Assembly (NCBI RefSeq): GCF_006345805.1
Contig: NC_042997.1
Span: 193,254,001-193,318,000, forward strand
Length of the DNA: 64,000 bases
Source of the DNA: Octopus sinensis
Taxonomy: Eukaryota
Direction: 5' to 3'
The stretch's first letter is position 1; each line of letters opens with the position of its first letter. The notes below the pieces were generated by a model. It ran no database searches and was not told the origin of the DNA. It worked only from the letters and a program-made list of their open reading frames with translations. This document shows, piece by piece, positions 26,446 to 40,549 of the stretch. The translations under genes and the position numbers were made by a program.

Positions 26446-27569
26446 TGAGCCACACTGCAAGGCAGTTGGCATTTGGAGGGGCATCCAGCTGTAAAAAACC
26501 ATGCCAAAACTGACCTCTTCTGTGCTGGTGCCACGTAAAAAGCACTCAGCAATGGTTGGTGCTAGGAAGGGCATCCAGCTTGTCAAACTGTCCAACCCAT
26601 TCCAGCATGGAAGGAGGGCATTAAACAATGATGATGATGATGATATATCTATGAGAAGGAGAGAGAGAGAGACTGTATGTGTATGTGTACCCTTGTTTAT
26701 ATATTGTGATGGTTGTAGCCGGGCATCAACATAATACTAGCAAGGTTGTTTGATTCCAACCTTCCATGAAAAGCATGTCTAGTGATGATGGAGAAATATT
26801 ACCTTGCTTAGAATAAGTAAAAGCTGGTGACAAGAAGGGCTTCCAGCCATAGAAAATCTGCCTCAAAAAATTTCATCTGATACATGCAAGGATGGAAAAT
26901 GGATATCAAATAACGACAACGATGATGATGATTAACAGATAAAAAAGAAAAAATTCTTCACCTCTGTTTCTCTCTATCATAAAATCAAGTTTTTCATTAA
27001 TTTGAATTTTTTTTTTATTTTACTAAATCATAACATGAAGCTGTTATAAAACAATGTGTCTCGTCCAGAAAAATTCATAACAGTTTAGTTCATATAAGGA
27101 GCTACATTGATTTCATTTAAAAAAAATTATAAGGAAGATGTGGGCTTCATCAATATCCAAAACCTCACCAAATGACAAATATCTTAACAACCCATCTTAT
27201 GTTTAATATTAACCCATGCTAGCATGAAAAGCAGACGTTAAACAATGATGATGGTGATGATACATGCTACATATCAAGCAAACAATATCCATCTCATTTC
27301 CTTCATGAAATAATAAGTGATTTTCAGACTAACTTAAGGTTTGTCACTGGTAGCAATAATCCTCTGAATATTTTAGATGCTTTAATGCTAAGATTCATCG
27401 TTGTTATGACAAATAGAAAGAGACAACTTGAGGAACTGAAACAATAATCTCTATACAAGGAACATTCTGAGTGAAAGCAAAATGTCCAAGACATCAGGAA
27501 AATCATGGAATCTCATATGAAGATAGTTAGAATTATTAGCCAACTACACTTCCTTAAAAAACAAAAATG

Positions 27570-27988
27570 CCTATTTCTTTACTACCCACAAGGGGCTAAA
27601 CACAGAGAGGACAAACAAGGACAGACAAACGGATTAAGTCGATTAGATCGACCCCAGTGCGTAACTGGTACTTAATTTATCGACCCCGAAAGGATGAAAG
27701 GCAAAGTCGACCTCGGCGGAATTTGAACTCAGAACATAACGGCAGACGAAATACCTATTTCTTTACTACCCACAAGGGCCTAAACACAGAGGGGACAAAC
27801 AAGGACAGACAAACGGATTAAGTCGATTATATCAACCCCAGTGCGTAACTGGTACTTAATTTATCGACCCTGAAAGGATGAACGGCAAAGTGGACCTCGG
27901 CGGAATTTGAACTCAGAATGTTACGGCAGATGAAATACGGCCACGCATTTTGCCTGGCATGCTAACGTTTCTGCCACCTTGCCGCCTT
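27570..27988 (-). mobile_element. SINE family C head-to-tail dimer
   Basis: Two units joined at cagacgaaatacc/tatttc (about 27755). Confidence 0.9.
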
Positions 27989-28194
27989 TAAAACAAAATA
28001 CTGTTTAGCCTTTCAACATTCAAACTGACCATATCCAGCTCAAATATTCCACTAGTTTTATGTTAAAACTGGCCAGATCTGGCCTCTCACACCTATTCAA
28101 CAACATCTTTCTAAAACTAAGCGATCAGATTATGAAAATGTCTTAGCTATGAGATGATGCATGATTAATTCAAACAAATGAGAATAAATAAGCA

Positions 28195-28415
28195 TCGAGC
28201 GAGGTCGTTGCCAGTACCGCCCGACTGGCCCACGTGCCGGTGGCACCTAAAAGCACCATATTCAGTGGTTGGCATTAGGAAGGGCATCCAGCTGTAGAAA
28301 CTGCCACATCAAGATTGGAGCCTGGTGCAGCCATCTGGTTCGCCAGACCTCAGTCAAATCGTCCAACCCATGCTAGCATGGAAAGCGGACGTTAAACGAT
28401 GATGATGTTGATGAT
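28195..28415 (+). mobile_element. SINE family A inserted into a P2 MITE (about 28010-28450)
   Basis: MITE sequence ...taaataagcat / tacatttgattgag resumes after the SINE. Confidence 0.8.
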
Positions 28416-28588
28416 TACATTTGATTGAGTTATCTGAATTCTAAAGAGTTATAGGAATAAATTATATAGCCAATCACACTGTTGCCTTCAATTAAAAATT
28501 TTCCATCGTCTCTCTGAAATGTTTAATGTGTCCTTTGGCATATGTAAAATAAATTGGTTGAAAGATTTTCAGAATATTTTAGTATGTA

Positions 28589-28975
28589 CTAGCAGTATCA
28601 CCCGGCGTTGCTCGGGTTTGTAAGGGAAATAACTATATAAGCATTTTTAGAGAGTTATAGCCAAAAAATAGCAAAAAGATGCATTAAAAATGGAAAACAA
28701 ATGATGGTAAATTTTTTTTTTAAATCGTTGACTCATTGTTGACATTTTTAGAGAGTTACTTCCCTTATATAATAGCGAAAAATGCATTAAAATGGAAAAA
28801 AATGATGGTAATTTTTTTTTTAAATCGTAGACTCACACTAATACCCAGAAGGGCTCGATATGAATCACGACTATAAGATACCGGGTTTTGGTTAAACTGC
28901 ACCGCAAAATGTGGGAGTAGTTAGGAATCTAAATCGTAGGAGACAGACACACAACTTCTCTTTTATATATAAAGA
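28589..28975 (-). mobile_element. Non-autonomous Helitron
   Basis: On the minus strand A/TC...cccgagcaacgccggg hairpin...CTAG/T; no TSD. Confidence 0.85.
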
Positions 28976-29149
28976 TACTTAAAAAGTGAGAACAACAGAA
29001 TTTTATAACCAAACCAAAATACATGCATTTTAATACAGTTTATCTACATCGTTGAGATAAGATTATCTACAGCTAGATCCCCTTCCTGCTGCCAGCCCTT
29101 ACTTTTTGCAAAGACATTTTACCACTACCAGACGTTTTCACTATTTTTA

Positions 29150-29572
29150 TACTCTTTTACTTGTTTCAGTCATTTGACTGTGGCCATGCTGGAGCACCGC
29201 CTTTAGTCGAGCAAATCGACCCCAGGACTTATTCTTTGTAAGCCTAGTACTTATTCTATCGGTCTCTTTTGCTGAACCATTAAGTTACAGGTATGTAAAC
29301 ACACCACCATCGCTTGTCAAGCAATGTTGGGGGGACAAACACAGACACACAAACATATACACACATATACATATATATATACATACACACACATACACAG
29401 ACACATATATATACGACGGGCTTCTTTCAGTTTCCGTCTACCAAATCCACTCACAAGGCTTTGGTCGGCCCAAGGCTAAAGCAGAAGGCACTTGCCTAAG
29501 GTACCATGCCGAGGGACTGAACCCGGAACCATGTGGTTGGTAAGCAAGCTACTTACCACACAGCCACTCCTG
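29150..29572 (-). mobile_element. SINE family B, full length
   Basis: Complete family B consensus with internal (CA/TA) microsatellite. Confidence 0.9.
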
Positions 29573-29984
29573 CTGAACAACACTCTATGACAGTGATACT
29601 ATTTATAACTACTGCATCAAGCAAATCCACTCACAAAGCTTTTGAATGTTAAGACAATAGTGATGATGATGATGATGATGATATAGCTCAAGAAAAAACT
29701 AAAATTAATCATCTCTAAAACAGATAAAAGTCATGGCATTTATGAAGGGATGCTGAAAAGATCCCGGCTTTGGGTAAGAGGAAATACAGGAAGATCAGTT
29801 AATTATAATTTTATTCAACATCTTCCCCACTCAGGTTCACACACTTATTGCAGCGGTCCTTCAGTTTTTCTAAGCCCTGTAAAAAGAACTGGGAAGGTTG
29901 GGACTCCAACCAGGCATTTCATGATACCCATAAAGCCAGGAGCTTTTCAGCATCCCCTTGTATTAAATCAGAACAACTATCTTT

Positions 29985-30215
29985 CGCTTTGGCGAAAGCG
30001 ATGTGGTGGACAACGAAAAACCTGGCTGATGACAGTCAAGGCTGATCTGGAACCCAACCTAGGCGTTCGCCACTGGAATAAGGAGTGGTTGGAGATCACG
30101 CGGTCGTTAGCCTCAAATCGCCAGGCCTGGTCTGCGTTTGTGAGAGATGCAACATTGAGGATGAATGAAGCCAGCTCAACCCACCCCGGGTGAATGCTGT
30201 TTCAAGTCAAGTCAA
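29985..30215 (+). mobile_element. RTE-type LINE 3' end with (CAAGT)n tail
   Basis: KRCGGQRKTWLMTVKADL...NRQAWSAFVRDA then ttcaagtcaagtcaag. Confidence 0.8.
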
Positions 30216-30647
30216 GAACAACTATCAACAGGTAATTTAGAATTCTCGTATAGAAAATGGAAAATAGACTTATGCTATTTTTGCACTTCACAAACAAAAC
30301 ATTATTGCATGTGTATGGTGTATTATTATACATCATATCATATTTTTCACACACACAATATGTACATATATATATTTTAAGAGAGGGGAGAGGAGGGGGT
30401 AAAATGAAAAAATTCCAGAAATTTATGCTAGTCTATAGGGCTTTCAAATTTATATTACATTTTGTGAGTAATAATATTGTTGAGTTACAGGCTTCCGGAT
30501 CACTAATTGACTGCATTTAACAATGGTGAGAGCAACACAGGAGTGTCTGTGCGACTCAAGCGAAACATACTCTATGTAAGATATTTTCGTTCAAAAGCAC
30601 CAGTTTTCAGTTTTCTGATACACATCAGTGAAAAACACACACACACA

Positions 30648-30680
<33 letters not shown>

Positions 30681-30855
30681 ATACAGTTTATACCAAGTTT
30701 ATGCAAGCCAAATACAATTCACAAGGCATTGGTTAATGTGAAGCTGTAGTAGAAGACACTTGCACATAATGGGATTGAACCCAGAGTCATGTGTTTGGTT
30801 ATAAAGAGAATTTCCTGACCACAGAGACATGCATGTAGCAGTGAGCTTGTTTTAA

Positions 30856-31075
30856 CCTTTTCGTTACTGTATTTATTTTGAGGTGCTCTGTATTTCTTTC
30901 AATTACTATAAATACAACAAAGAATTTAGTAAAATAACTTGGTTATCATTAAGCTAGTGTTAGGAACATTAATTGTGACTAAGGTTTGGTGGAAGATTTT
31001 AATTCAAAACTTATGAAAACAGGACATTTGTACTCAGAGCCAGAGCCAGTTTTAGTCAGGTTGGTAACGAAAGGG
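30856..31075. mobile_element. piggyBac-like MITE (family P1)
   Basis: TTAA/cc(t)tttcgttac...gtaacgaaaggg/TTAA. Confidence 0.85.
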
Positions 31076-32616
31076 TTAATAACAAAAATGCAACTATTAT
31101 TTGTTTTATGTGTGAATTATCTAGATAAGATCACAGAGCAAGACATTTCATATCATTTGGGGTGCTTTTTGGTTGTTATTTTTTTAATATTTTTACTTAT
31201 ACAGGCATGGCTCTGTGATAAGAAATTTTCTTCCTTACCCCATGGCTCTGGGTTCAGTCCCACTGTGTGGCATCTTGGGCAAGTATTTTCTAAGTGTCAT
31301 CTACAATAGCCGCAAGTCAACCTAAGCCTTGTGAATGGATTTGGTAAACAGAAACTGAAAAAAGCTTGTTGTGTGTGTATGTGTGTGCACGTCCCCTACC
31401 ACCGTTTGACAACTGGTGTTAGTGTGTTTACATCCCCATAACACTGCGCTTTGACAAAAGAACCTGATAGAATAAATAGCAGGCTTTAAAAAAATAAGTA
31501 CTGGGTTTGATTTGTTCAATTACATACATCGCAAAATGTCTCTTAAACTTTTGAGTGTGTAAGCAAATGTCATCAGCCTTAAAATTTTTACTGGCATTGC
31601 TAGACAAATGGAGTGAGGTTAATGCAAGTTCAATATTCAATTTAAATTGTTTTGCAATTACAAAGGGATATGTGGTCAGGAAAGATGTACAGTGTCAATT
31701 CTCGGAGAAGAACCATCTAAATTATGTTAGAATTTTACTTTGAATCTAAGGAATGGTGCCAAAAGTTTTATATAATTTTACTACTAAATAATCTTTCTAG
31801 GATAACTCTATTTATTAAATATTCATCAAGACAAGGAAATAAATTTTGTTTTGCAAAGAGCTTTAGTTCCATCATGTTCATTTGATGCAACGCTCTGACA
31901 CTGAGAATTAGAATTCAGTTTCAACACTACTGAACAATGAAAGTGAATAAGAAAAATGCACAAATGAATGATGTTCTTTGCCATGTATAACCATAATATG
32001 ACTAACTAAATTTAGGGGGACTGTTAACAACATTGGCATAGGGAGTTCAGTATATTCTCTTATTCTATTTATAAAACAGAGTAAGGACTTTAATTGAGTT
32101 CCGGTCATTGGTACTTATGTCACTAATGCCTCTGGAGAAAGGAATAAACCTAACTACTACTCTTGAAAAATATCAGGATTCATTTATAATTGGAAAAGGC
32201 ATTGAATTTAGTTTATTCTTCCTTAGATACAAGTCAGGGTAAGTTATATATCAAGAAATGAATATATAATTGAACCCTTTAATATTGAAACCAAATCGGG
32301 ACCAAACACACTGCATTTAGCAGAAAACGAACTCCTTGTATAGGAATAGTTTCTTTACTTTGCCTTTCATCCTTTCGGGGTCGATAAATTAAGTAAAAGT
32401 TGCATACTGGAGTCAATCTAATTGACTGGCTCCCACACCCAAAATTTCGGGCCTTGTGCCTAGAGTATTTACAGAAAGACATCAACATCATTATCATTGT
32501 TGTTTTAAATGTTCACCATTCCGTGTTTTCATGGGTCCTGTCACCAACCATGTAATCTCCTCAAGCAGGTTTTCATGTAAGACTGGAAACTATGGATACC
32601 ACTAGCATAATAGTGA

Positions 32617-32970
32617 CATCATCGTTTAACGTCCGCTTTCCATGCTAGCATGGGTTGGACGATTTGACTGAGGAATGGTGAACCAGATGGCTGCCCTTCC
32701 TAATGCCAACCACTCCGAGAGTGTAGTGGGTGCTTTTACGTGCCACTAACACATAAAAGGGCCAGTCAGGTGGTACTGGCAACGGCCATGCTCAAATAGT
32801 GTTTTTTACGTGCCACCTGCACAGGAGCCAGTCCAGCAGCACTGGCAACAACCTCGCTCGAATGTTTTTTCACGTGCCACTGGCACGGAAGCCAGTCAGA
32901 TGCTCTGGCAACAATCTGTACTCTGATGGTGCTATTAGCGCTCCACTGGCACAGGTGCCAGTCATCGAAT
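32617..32970 (-). mobile_element. SINE family A
   Basis: catcatcgtttaacgtccgc... with an internal deletion. Confidence 0.82.
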
Positions 32971-33899
32971 TTTATTCGGGTTACAAATATATAACACAAT
33001 GGCAAAGAGAGAAGGCCAATGACATGCTTGCACACCAGCACATACACATAAATTCAAAACCTGAACCCAAAACCATGTAAGTAGGAAGCGAACTTTTTGC
33101 CACATGGCCAACAGAAAAGAGAAACAACAAATTTTGTAATGGATATGAATGAAAGTGGTTCTCTAATAATGAAATGAAAAATGATAACTAAGAAAAAAGA
33201 CAGTTTAAATTAATCACATGCTTCAAGCTATTACAATTTTTCTTTAAATTAATATCTTCAGAATGTTTATGTGTGTTTGTATACATATATATTTTTTTTC
33301 TTTTTCTGTGATTAGGTGCTTAATTTGGAGAGAGAGTTTTTAATTATTTGGATAATTTCAAATTAGAACAGAACTAAAGCCAATGATTACTGAAAAAAAA
33401 AAACACTGATCAAAAACTATGAAAAGAGAAGAGACAGTATATTAAGTCCACCAAAAAAAAACAGCTCATTTTTACCATATAATAATTTAAGTTATATCTT
33501 ATATGTGTGTCTGATTAATCTAACTTGAGATGTTTGCATATATAAAGATATTAAAACAATGTATATAGTGACGGTTATTACAAGAACTTATAAAAATCAC
33601 TTGAGAAGCAAACAACCAATTAACCTGTGATTAAATAACAATTAATTTGGAATTGAAAGATGCAAGTTCTAATTCAACAGTCACAATATTTTAAGACTTT
33701 CTATTACGTATATTTTTTTTATTTTAAAATATTTACATATGAAAATATAAAATAGCTAGGAGTAGCATGGTTGTGTGGTTAATAAATTTGCTTCCTAGCC
33801 ACACAGTCTAATCATGTGGCACCTTGGTCTTCTACTATAGCCCCAGGTCAACCATAACCTCGTAAGTGGAAGTGGACTTAAACTAAAAGAAGTCTGTCA

Positions 33900-33931
<32 letters not shown>

Positions 33932-34623
33932 CGTGTGTGTGTGTATTCATGTATATGTATGCATGTGTGTATAGTATTTTCTGCTTATATTTTCTCTCAT
34001 CATCATTTCATATCTACTACCCATGCTGACAGAAGTTGGATGGTCCAACAGGATCCAATCGTTTGGAGAACCATGTACTGCTCCAGTGCCTCAGTTTTGG
34101 CATCATTTCTATAGCTGGATACCCTTTCTAGTGCCAACTACTTTACAGAGTGTATCGAGTGCTTTTTTTCTTGGCACCAGCACTAGTGAGGTCACCATGT
34201 ACCTTGCAAGACCAAAGAGTTTCCTTGAATGAAAGCATAGTAGAGAGGGAGGTGGCTCTATGCAAGGCACTGAGAGGTTATATTTGTTCATTCACCATTG
34301 TCAATGATCAAGGACATCATATGGGAGAAGACGGGGCATGGTATGTCCAGCTATGGCTAATCAGTCAGGTGCATGCTTAGAAGGCTCTGGACTTGCATAG
34401 ATCACATTTTCTTTGTGCCTCTGCAATCCTGTTTTATTTGTCGGGAGTGGCACCTCTGTTGGTGCGGTTTTGTCAGGCAGGGTAGTCTTGTGTTTGCGTT
34501 TCCCAGGTTAGAGTATGATAGAAGGGACAGAAACAAGTTTGTTGCTATAGAGGAGATACATGGCAAATCATACATTATAAAAAAGTGGGAGGGAGAAAAT
34601 GAACGGGTCTAGAAACAGATTAA

Positions 34624-34832
34624 CTCTTTAACATTCATATTATTCTGTCACAAGTAATGCTTATTCATTCACATTGTTTTGAATTGAACATGCATTATTT
34701 TAAAGATCTCAGGTTTTTATGAGTGGTTTTTAGAATGACATTGTAGGTTTGGTGTGAGAGGCCAGATCTGGCCAATTTGAGCATAAAACAAAAATATTTT
34801 GGCTGGATATGGCTGGTTTAAATGCTAAAGGG
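34624..34832. mobile_element. piggyBac-like MITE (family P2)
   Basis: ttaa/ctcttta...ctaaaggg/tta; degenerate. Confidence 0.7.
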
Positions 34833-35300
34833 TTAGGGTAGCACTAATGGGTGAGGGTTGAAGGAGGACATTCTCTGCAACATACATTTGAAACATAATA
34901 GTGCTGCTCTTCACTGCATAAGTGAAATCCATCCATGCCATCCACTACTTTGTAGCGATGACATGAAAATGAATATTCCAGTGGTGCTCAAATAAGATAT
35001 CTCTCTCTCCATACAATAAAGACAGATTCAACATTTATATGGAGAATTCAATCCCCTACGATTGTAACAAATTTACATAATTATACTTCCACTTAGCATA
35101 ATGGACATTAATCCGCTGGTGGCAATAAAATTAGCAACATTTCAAATGCAAATCTTGGTATTCCGAACACAACAAACCAGATATTAGTAGATGAGATATG
35201 AAACGGAGAGAATTTCTTAATAGATAGCTGGTTCTGTAAAATAGTTTCCTCTAGCCAACATGATTTCTGAAGCTAAATCAGCATATCCTATATCGTAAGG

Positions 35301-35710
35301 AGATCTTTTCAGTTTGAACAGTAGCTTTTTCTAGCGGTGTCATATGAAATTGTCACCCATAATTATGACCCTAGTATCGATCTATTGCATTTCAATCTCT
35401 TTTAGGGTTAGGGGTGGGGGGAAGGGTATCTTTTTTTCTTCAGAAATGTAAATAAACCCAATATGTTTCTTAAACGAGGGACATATTCATACGGCACAGA
35501 ATGCTTTTTAACTCAATAGACGTCATTGATTGGTTGAAATTGCAGAAATTGAAGAAGAAAAAAACAAATATCTGACAAACTATAGAATTTTCTCAATAAA
35601 GCCAAGAGAAAAAGATGTTTTATAAACACATTCTACCAGTATACGAAGTTTAAAATTTTTTAGTTACCTAGAAATTATGTTAAAAACTGCCGTTCAGACC
35701 AAAAAGATCC
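35301..35710. mobile_element. MITE with (G)GATCTTTT TIR and 8-bp TSD
   Basis: TSD tcgtaagg/tcgtaatg; reverse homologue of 49595-50003. Confidence 0.88.
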
Positions 35711-35860
35711 TCGTAATGTGCCAAACTACATACAGAACAATGAGCTAAAATTTCACCTCAGTAAAGTTTGGGTTTGTTACAGAAACTAGAAGTTAGCATT
35801 GATCGAAAGCCTTATAGCAGAACTGAGTTTCCCGGCTTTGTGGATAGAATATTTATTTAA

Positions 35861-36079
35861 CCCTTTCGATACCAACCCGGCTGAAACCGCCTCTGGTTCT
35901 GTAGTACAAACATCTCGTTTTCATAAGCTTTGAATTAAAATCTTCCACTAATCCTTAATCATAATTTATGTTCCTAACACTAGCTTAATGATAACTAAGT
36001 TATTTTACTAAATTCTTTGTTATATTTAAAGTAATTGAAAGAAACAGAGAATCTCAAAATAAATATAGTAACGAAAGGG
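35861..36079. mobile_element. piggyBac-like MITE P1
   Basis: TTAA/ccctttcg...cgaaaggg/TTAA. Confidence 0.9.
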
Positions 36080-36108
36080 TTAAACAATATCAGAAATTTA
36101 TCATTTAA

Positions 36109-36328
36109 CCCTTTCGTTACCAACCCAGCTGAAACCGGCTCTGGCTCTCAGTACAAATGTCTTGTTTTCATAAGTTTTGAATTAAAATCTCCCACCAAAC
36201 CTTAGTCACAATTTATGTTCCTAACACTAGCTGAATGACAAGTAAGTTATTTTACTAAATTCTTTGTTATATTTAAAGTAACTGAAAGAAACAAAGAGCA
36301 TCTCAAAATAAATACAGTAATGAAAGGG
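36109..36328. mobile_element. piggyBac-like MITE P1
   Basis: TTAA/ccctttcg...tgaaaggg/TTAA. Confidence 0.9.
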
Positions 36329-36914
36329 TTAAATAAGTTAAAATGAAGTGAATAAGCTGTAGAAGTACTTTCTTGTAACCCAGCAGATCACTGGTACTCT
36401 GTTCATGAATTCAGTCTTACTATAATACAAGAAAAATCAGACTGGCAAAACCAATGTAGCTCAAAGTTATTGATTACAGCCAAATCTACAATCATGGAGC
36501 TTAGGATTTTTAGGAGAGGATAAAATTGGAAAATCATTAATGTGATCTAAAGTTATTAATATTTCTAATGAAGTTAAAATTCATTTATGTAATGATCAGC
36601 ATTAGGCTGCAAATTCTGCTCAATTATACTTTCAAAAGTTGTGAATGGGCAATTATGTCATTAAATGGAGACACTATCTTGCATTAATTAGACAAATGTA
36701 AAAACAGAATGCAACAAAAAAAAAACATTAATTGTTGCAAATATAGAATATTGTTATATCATTCTGTTTACTGATGGAACATTCATTAATTATATATATT
36801 TCTCAAATAAACAATAAAGACTAAAATAAAAAAAGAAAAAGTTTATTCTATTGTTCATTCATAAGATTAAACAATTTTACAATCAGCTTTTAATAATTCT
36901 ACATAACATATAAC

Positions 36915-37278
36915 TCTTTTACTTGTTTCAGTCATTTGACTGCGGCCATGCTGGAGCACCACCTCTAGTGGAGCAAATCGACCCCAGGAAATATTCTTTG
37001 CAAGCCCAGTACTTATTCTATCTGTCTCTTTTGCTGAACTGCTAAGTTACGGGGATGTAAACACACCAGCATCAGTTGTCAAGCGATGTTGGGGGGACAA
37101 CCACACACACATATATATATATACGACAGGCCTCTTTTAGTTTCTGTCTACCAAATCCACTCACATGACTTTGGTCAGCCCAAGGCTATAGTAGAAGACA
37201 CTTGCCCAAAATGGCACGCAGTGGGACTGAACCCAGGACCATGTGGTTGGTAAGCAAGCTACTTACTGCACAGCCACT
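36915..37278 (-). mobile_element. SINE family B
   Basis: Family B consensus. Confidence 0.88.
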
Positions 37279-37865
37279 TATACAGCATACGTCCACAAAA
37301 AAAAAGAAAAAACAGTACAGGTCTTTTATCCCAGTCTATTACAATGACAAAGATAACATTTTTATTCTTGTTAAACATTTGGATTAAATTGCTAACACAT
37401 CTCTATACATCATTATCCAGATGTGTGGGGGGGGGGACACACCTTCCCCTACCACTCGGTACTCTCCAACTTCTAAAATAATACAAGCAATACATAGGTA
37501 CAGACACACTGTGTAGTTAAGAAGTTTGCTTCCCAACCACACGGTTCTGAGTTCAGTCAACTGTGTGGCCCCTGGACAAGTGACTTCTACTATAGCCTTG
37601 AGCTGACCAAAGCCTTGTGAGTGGATTTAGTAGACAGAAACTGAAAGAAACCTACTCTCTCTCTCTCTCTGTCCCGAAATCACCTGGTTGTAAATGAATG
37701 ACAGCAAAACAGGTAGCTAGACTTCCTCCCACCACCACCCTTAAAATTTTTTTTTTTTTCCAACACAAACCCCCACTTTTCAGCTACAGGGAATATGACT
37801 GTAAATAAATTGGCAAAAATCAACATTTCTAAATTACCACTCCCCACTCCCATCTTTTCATTTTT

Positions 37866-38138
37866 TTAACTTTTGAACTCACAACGTAGTGGCAGACGAA
37901 ATACCTATTTCTTTACTACCCACAAGGGGCTAAACACAGAGGGGACAAACAAGGACAGACAAAGGGATTAAGTTGATTACATCGACCCCAGTGTGTAACT
38001 GGTACTTAATTTATTGACCCCGAAAGGAAGAAGGGCAAAGTCGACCTCGGCAGAATTTGAACTCACAACGTAACAGCAGACAAAATACTGCGAAGCATTT
38101 CGCCCGGTGTGCTAACGTTTCTGCCAGCTTGCCATCTT
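37866..38138 (-). mobile_element. SINE family C with remnant second unit
   Basis: Same gaaatacc/tatttc junction at about 37905. Confidence 0.88.
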
Positions 38139-38350
38139 GATAAAATTTTATTATTTTCTACTTCCACGCTTTCTATGCAAAGCTTGCTTTAGTATAAACT
38201 GACTGTGCTTTTAGTCAAATATTCTTTTCTTCTCTCACCAAACATCACGTTTTCACACAAATGTCAGAACTATTTACATTGTGTTCTGTAACATCAAATC
38301 AAAACTTAAACATGATAATACCGACTTTACCACAAGAACAAACAACTTAC

Positions 38351-38422
38351 CTTTCTTTCAAAGCTAACTTTCTGAGCTTGGCATCAACTTTGACAAGAAT
38401 AGAACTTAAGTGAAAATCTTTC
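38351..38422 (-). CDS. SUZ12: SUZ12 exon (72 nt, phase 2 to 2) KDFHLSSILVKVDAKLRKLALKE(R)
   Basis: Acceptor ttttttttccag/G, donor GAAAG/gtaagt; phases fit both neighbours; position matches human RKTFKVDDMLSKV exon. Confidence 0.9.
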
Positions 38423-38749
38423 CTGGAAAAAAAAAAGAAAAAAGAAAAAATTAAAGTTAATCTATTTCAAATTTCTTTAAACTGCAAAGAAACAATATCT
38501 GCCACCACTAAAAGCTACTACACACACATAATATACACAATGAATATTTACAAACAATGCTAGATAAAAATTTCAGGAAGAATTATAACTCTTTAAGTTT
38601 TGATTATAAATTTAAATATTGATTTCATATTTTGACACAAGGCCAGCAATTTCAGGGGAGGAAGCTGATTGATTACACCAACCCCAGTGCTTAACTGGTA
38701 CTTATTTTGTCGACCCCAAAAAGACAAAAGGTGAAGTCAAGCATACATT

Positions 38750-39170
38750 GAAACTTCAACGTCTGGCAGCTGAGTTGGTAGACACCCATAAAATTATTAA
38801 CCATCTTACAAACAATAACTCTGAGCACCTTTGCAAACTCCACCTGTCTAACACCCATGGACATGTTTACAAAGTCAGAAAACAACACACCTCCCATGAC
38901 TTTCGGAAACATTTTTTCACGCTAAGAGTTGCTGAAGTATGGCACAAACTGCCGGCATCAGTTGTTAGTTGTCGGAGCACTGCATCCTTCAAAACTTCCA
39001 TGCTTCCTGAGATTCACCAACACTACACCTGATTTTCTCCCCTCCATACACACGCAAGCATGTATCCGACTCATACACTGTTCACTTTCCAGACATTTGT
39101 ACATTACTGCATATGCTTTATACGCACTTTTGACAAGTTGTGGTGCACCTGAGCACTGTATACAATAATT
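38750..39170 (+). mobile_element. CR1-clade LINE 3' fragment
   Basis: ORF-track 38748..39032: HGHVYKVRKQH...RKHFFTLRVAEVWHKLPASVV. Confidence 0.85.
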
Positions 39171-39732
39171 TCTTTATTATAGCAGAATTTGCACTCAGAA
39201 TGCAAAGACAAATGAAATGCTGCTAAACATATTACCAATTCCAGTAAAAATTCTTCTAGCTTGCCACCATTAATAGCTGAGGTTTGCAAAAGGATTATTA
39301 GAAATAAATATCAGCTTTGGAAATAACAAAAATAGCATCTCCAAGATCCACTTATCTTTTTCACTTGCTTTTTTTTTTTTTTTAAGATTAGCAATTCTGA
39401 CAAGTAATTTAATACTCTGCAAAGTGTGGAGTTAAGAAAAAGACAATCTCTTTGAGCTGGTGCCATGATGAAAATGTATTCAGTACACTCTGTAAAGTGG
39501 CTGGTGTTAAGAAGAGCCTCAAGAGATAGAAAGTGAGCCAAGCAAAATGTACAAGTGAGGTGCAGTCATGCAACCTGTCCAAGGGAGCTACTGATTCTGA
39601 CCATTATGACCTGTCCAATGCCATTGCTCGCAAGGAAAGCAGATGTAAAACAATAATGATGATATTTCGTTTTTGGATTTGGTTTGCAAGATTCTTTATA
39701 TGAGTTCATGTGTTGAAGAATATTCTCTTGTG

Positions 39733-39887
39733 TCTGGGGAGAGTCATTTTCTTTTCATGCCTTATAATTTAACACACTCACCGGTAAAATTTCCACTTAT
39801 TTCTTATTTTTATTAAGAAATAAGTAGAAATTTTACCGGTGAGTGTGTTAAATTATAAGGCACAAAAAGAAAATGACTCTCCCTGGA
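39733..39887. repeat. Long inverted repeat, 74-bp arms, ~7-nt loop
   Basis: ggagagtcattttc...cacttatttctta / taagaaataagt...gaaaatgactctcc. Confidence 0.92.
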
Positions 39888-40549
39888 ATCTGAACCTGGA
39901 ATCATGGTTGAGAAGCAAGCTTCTTACCATACAGCCACATCTTTGAAAAATTAACCATGCATCATCTTGTGTATTTATGTATTTACTTATTGAAAAGCAT
40001 AATGGGCAAACTATTTAAAAAATATGAATTATCAGTGTAACATTGTAATTGTTTTTACAATTTGTTCAAGAACTATCCAGGGAAATACCATTATCGCCAG
40101 GATATAAATTCACAACTCCTCAATCTGTAACCAGTCTGATAAGTGCTAATGCATGAGACTCTCAGCATATGAGCCACTTGCTTCTGATAAATATTTTATA
40201 TATATATATATATACATACACACCCCTCACGCCTCTGTTCATGTTAACTTATCCTACATTCCATAAGTTAGTGGCTTGACAAACAGTAATCAATAAAATA
40301 ATTATCAGGCTAAAAGACGATTTGATCGATTAAACCTTTGAAGGCGGTACCCCAGCATGGCCACAGTTCAATGATTGGAACTAACAGCAGAACAACACAC
40401 AATGCAACTGGAAATGACCATTGCATTACAATCATTATTATTATCGCTATCTCAGGATATCATTGACTCTTTATAAAATGTATTTTTATCCACTTGACAA
40501 AACTTAATATGGCTGAGAAGAAATATTTCAAGCAACGTTTCTGGTATTT

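Noticed and set aside
27330-27540. Decayed coding-like + frame (KRQLEELKQ...)
   Set aside because: Internal stops and no identifiable family
35402-35422. Telomere-like tagggttagggg (also 49890-49905 reverse)
   Set aside because: Internal part of a MITE family; only about two units
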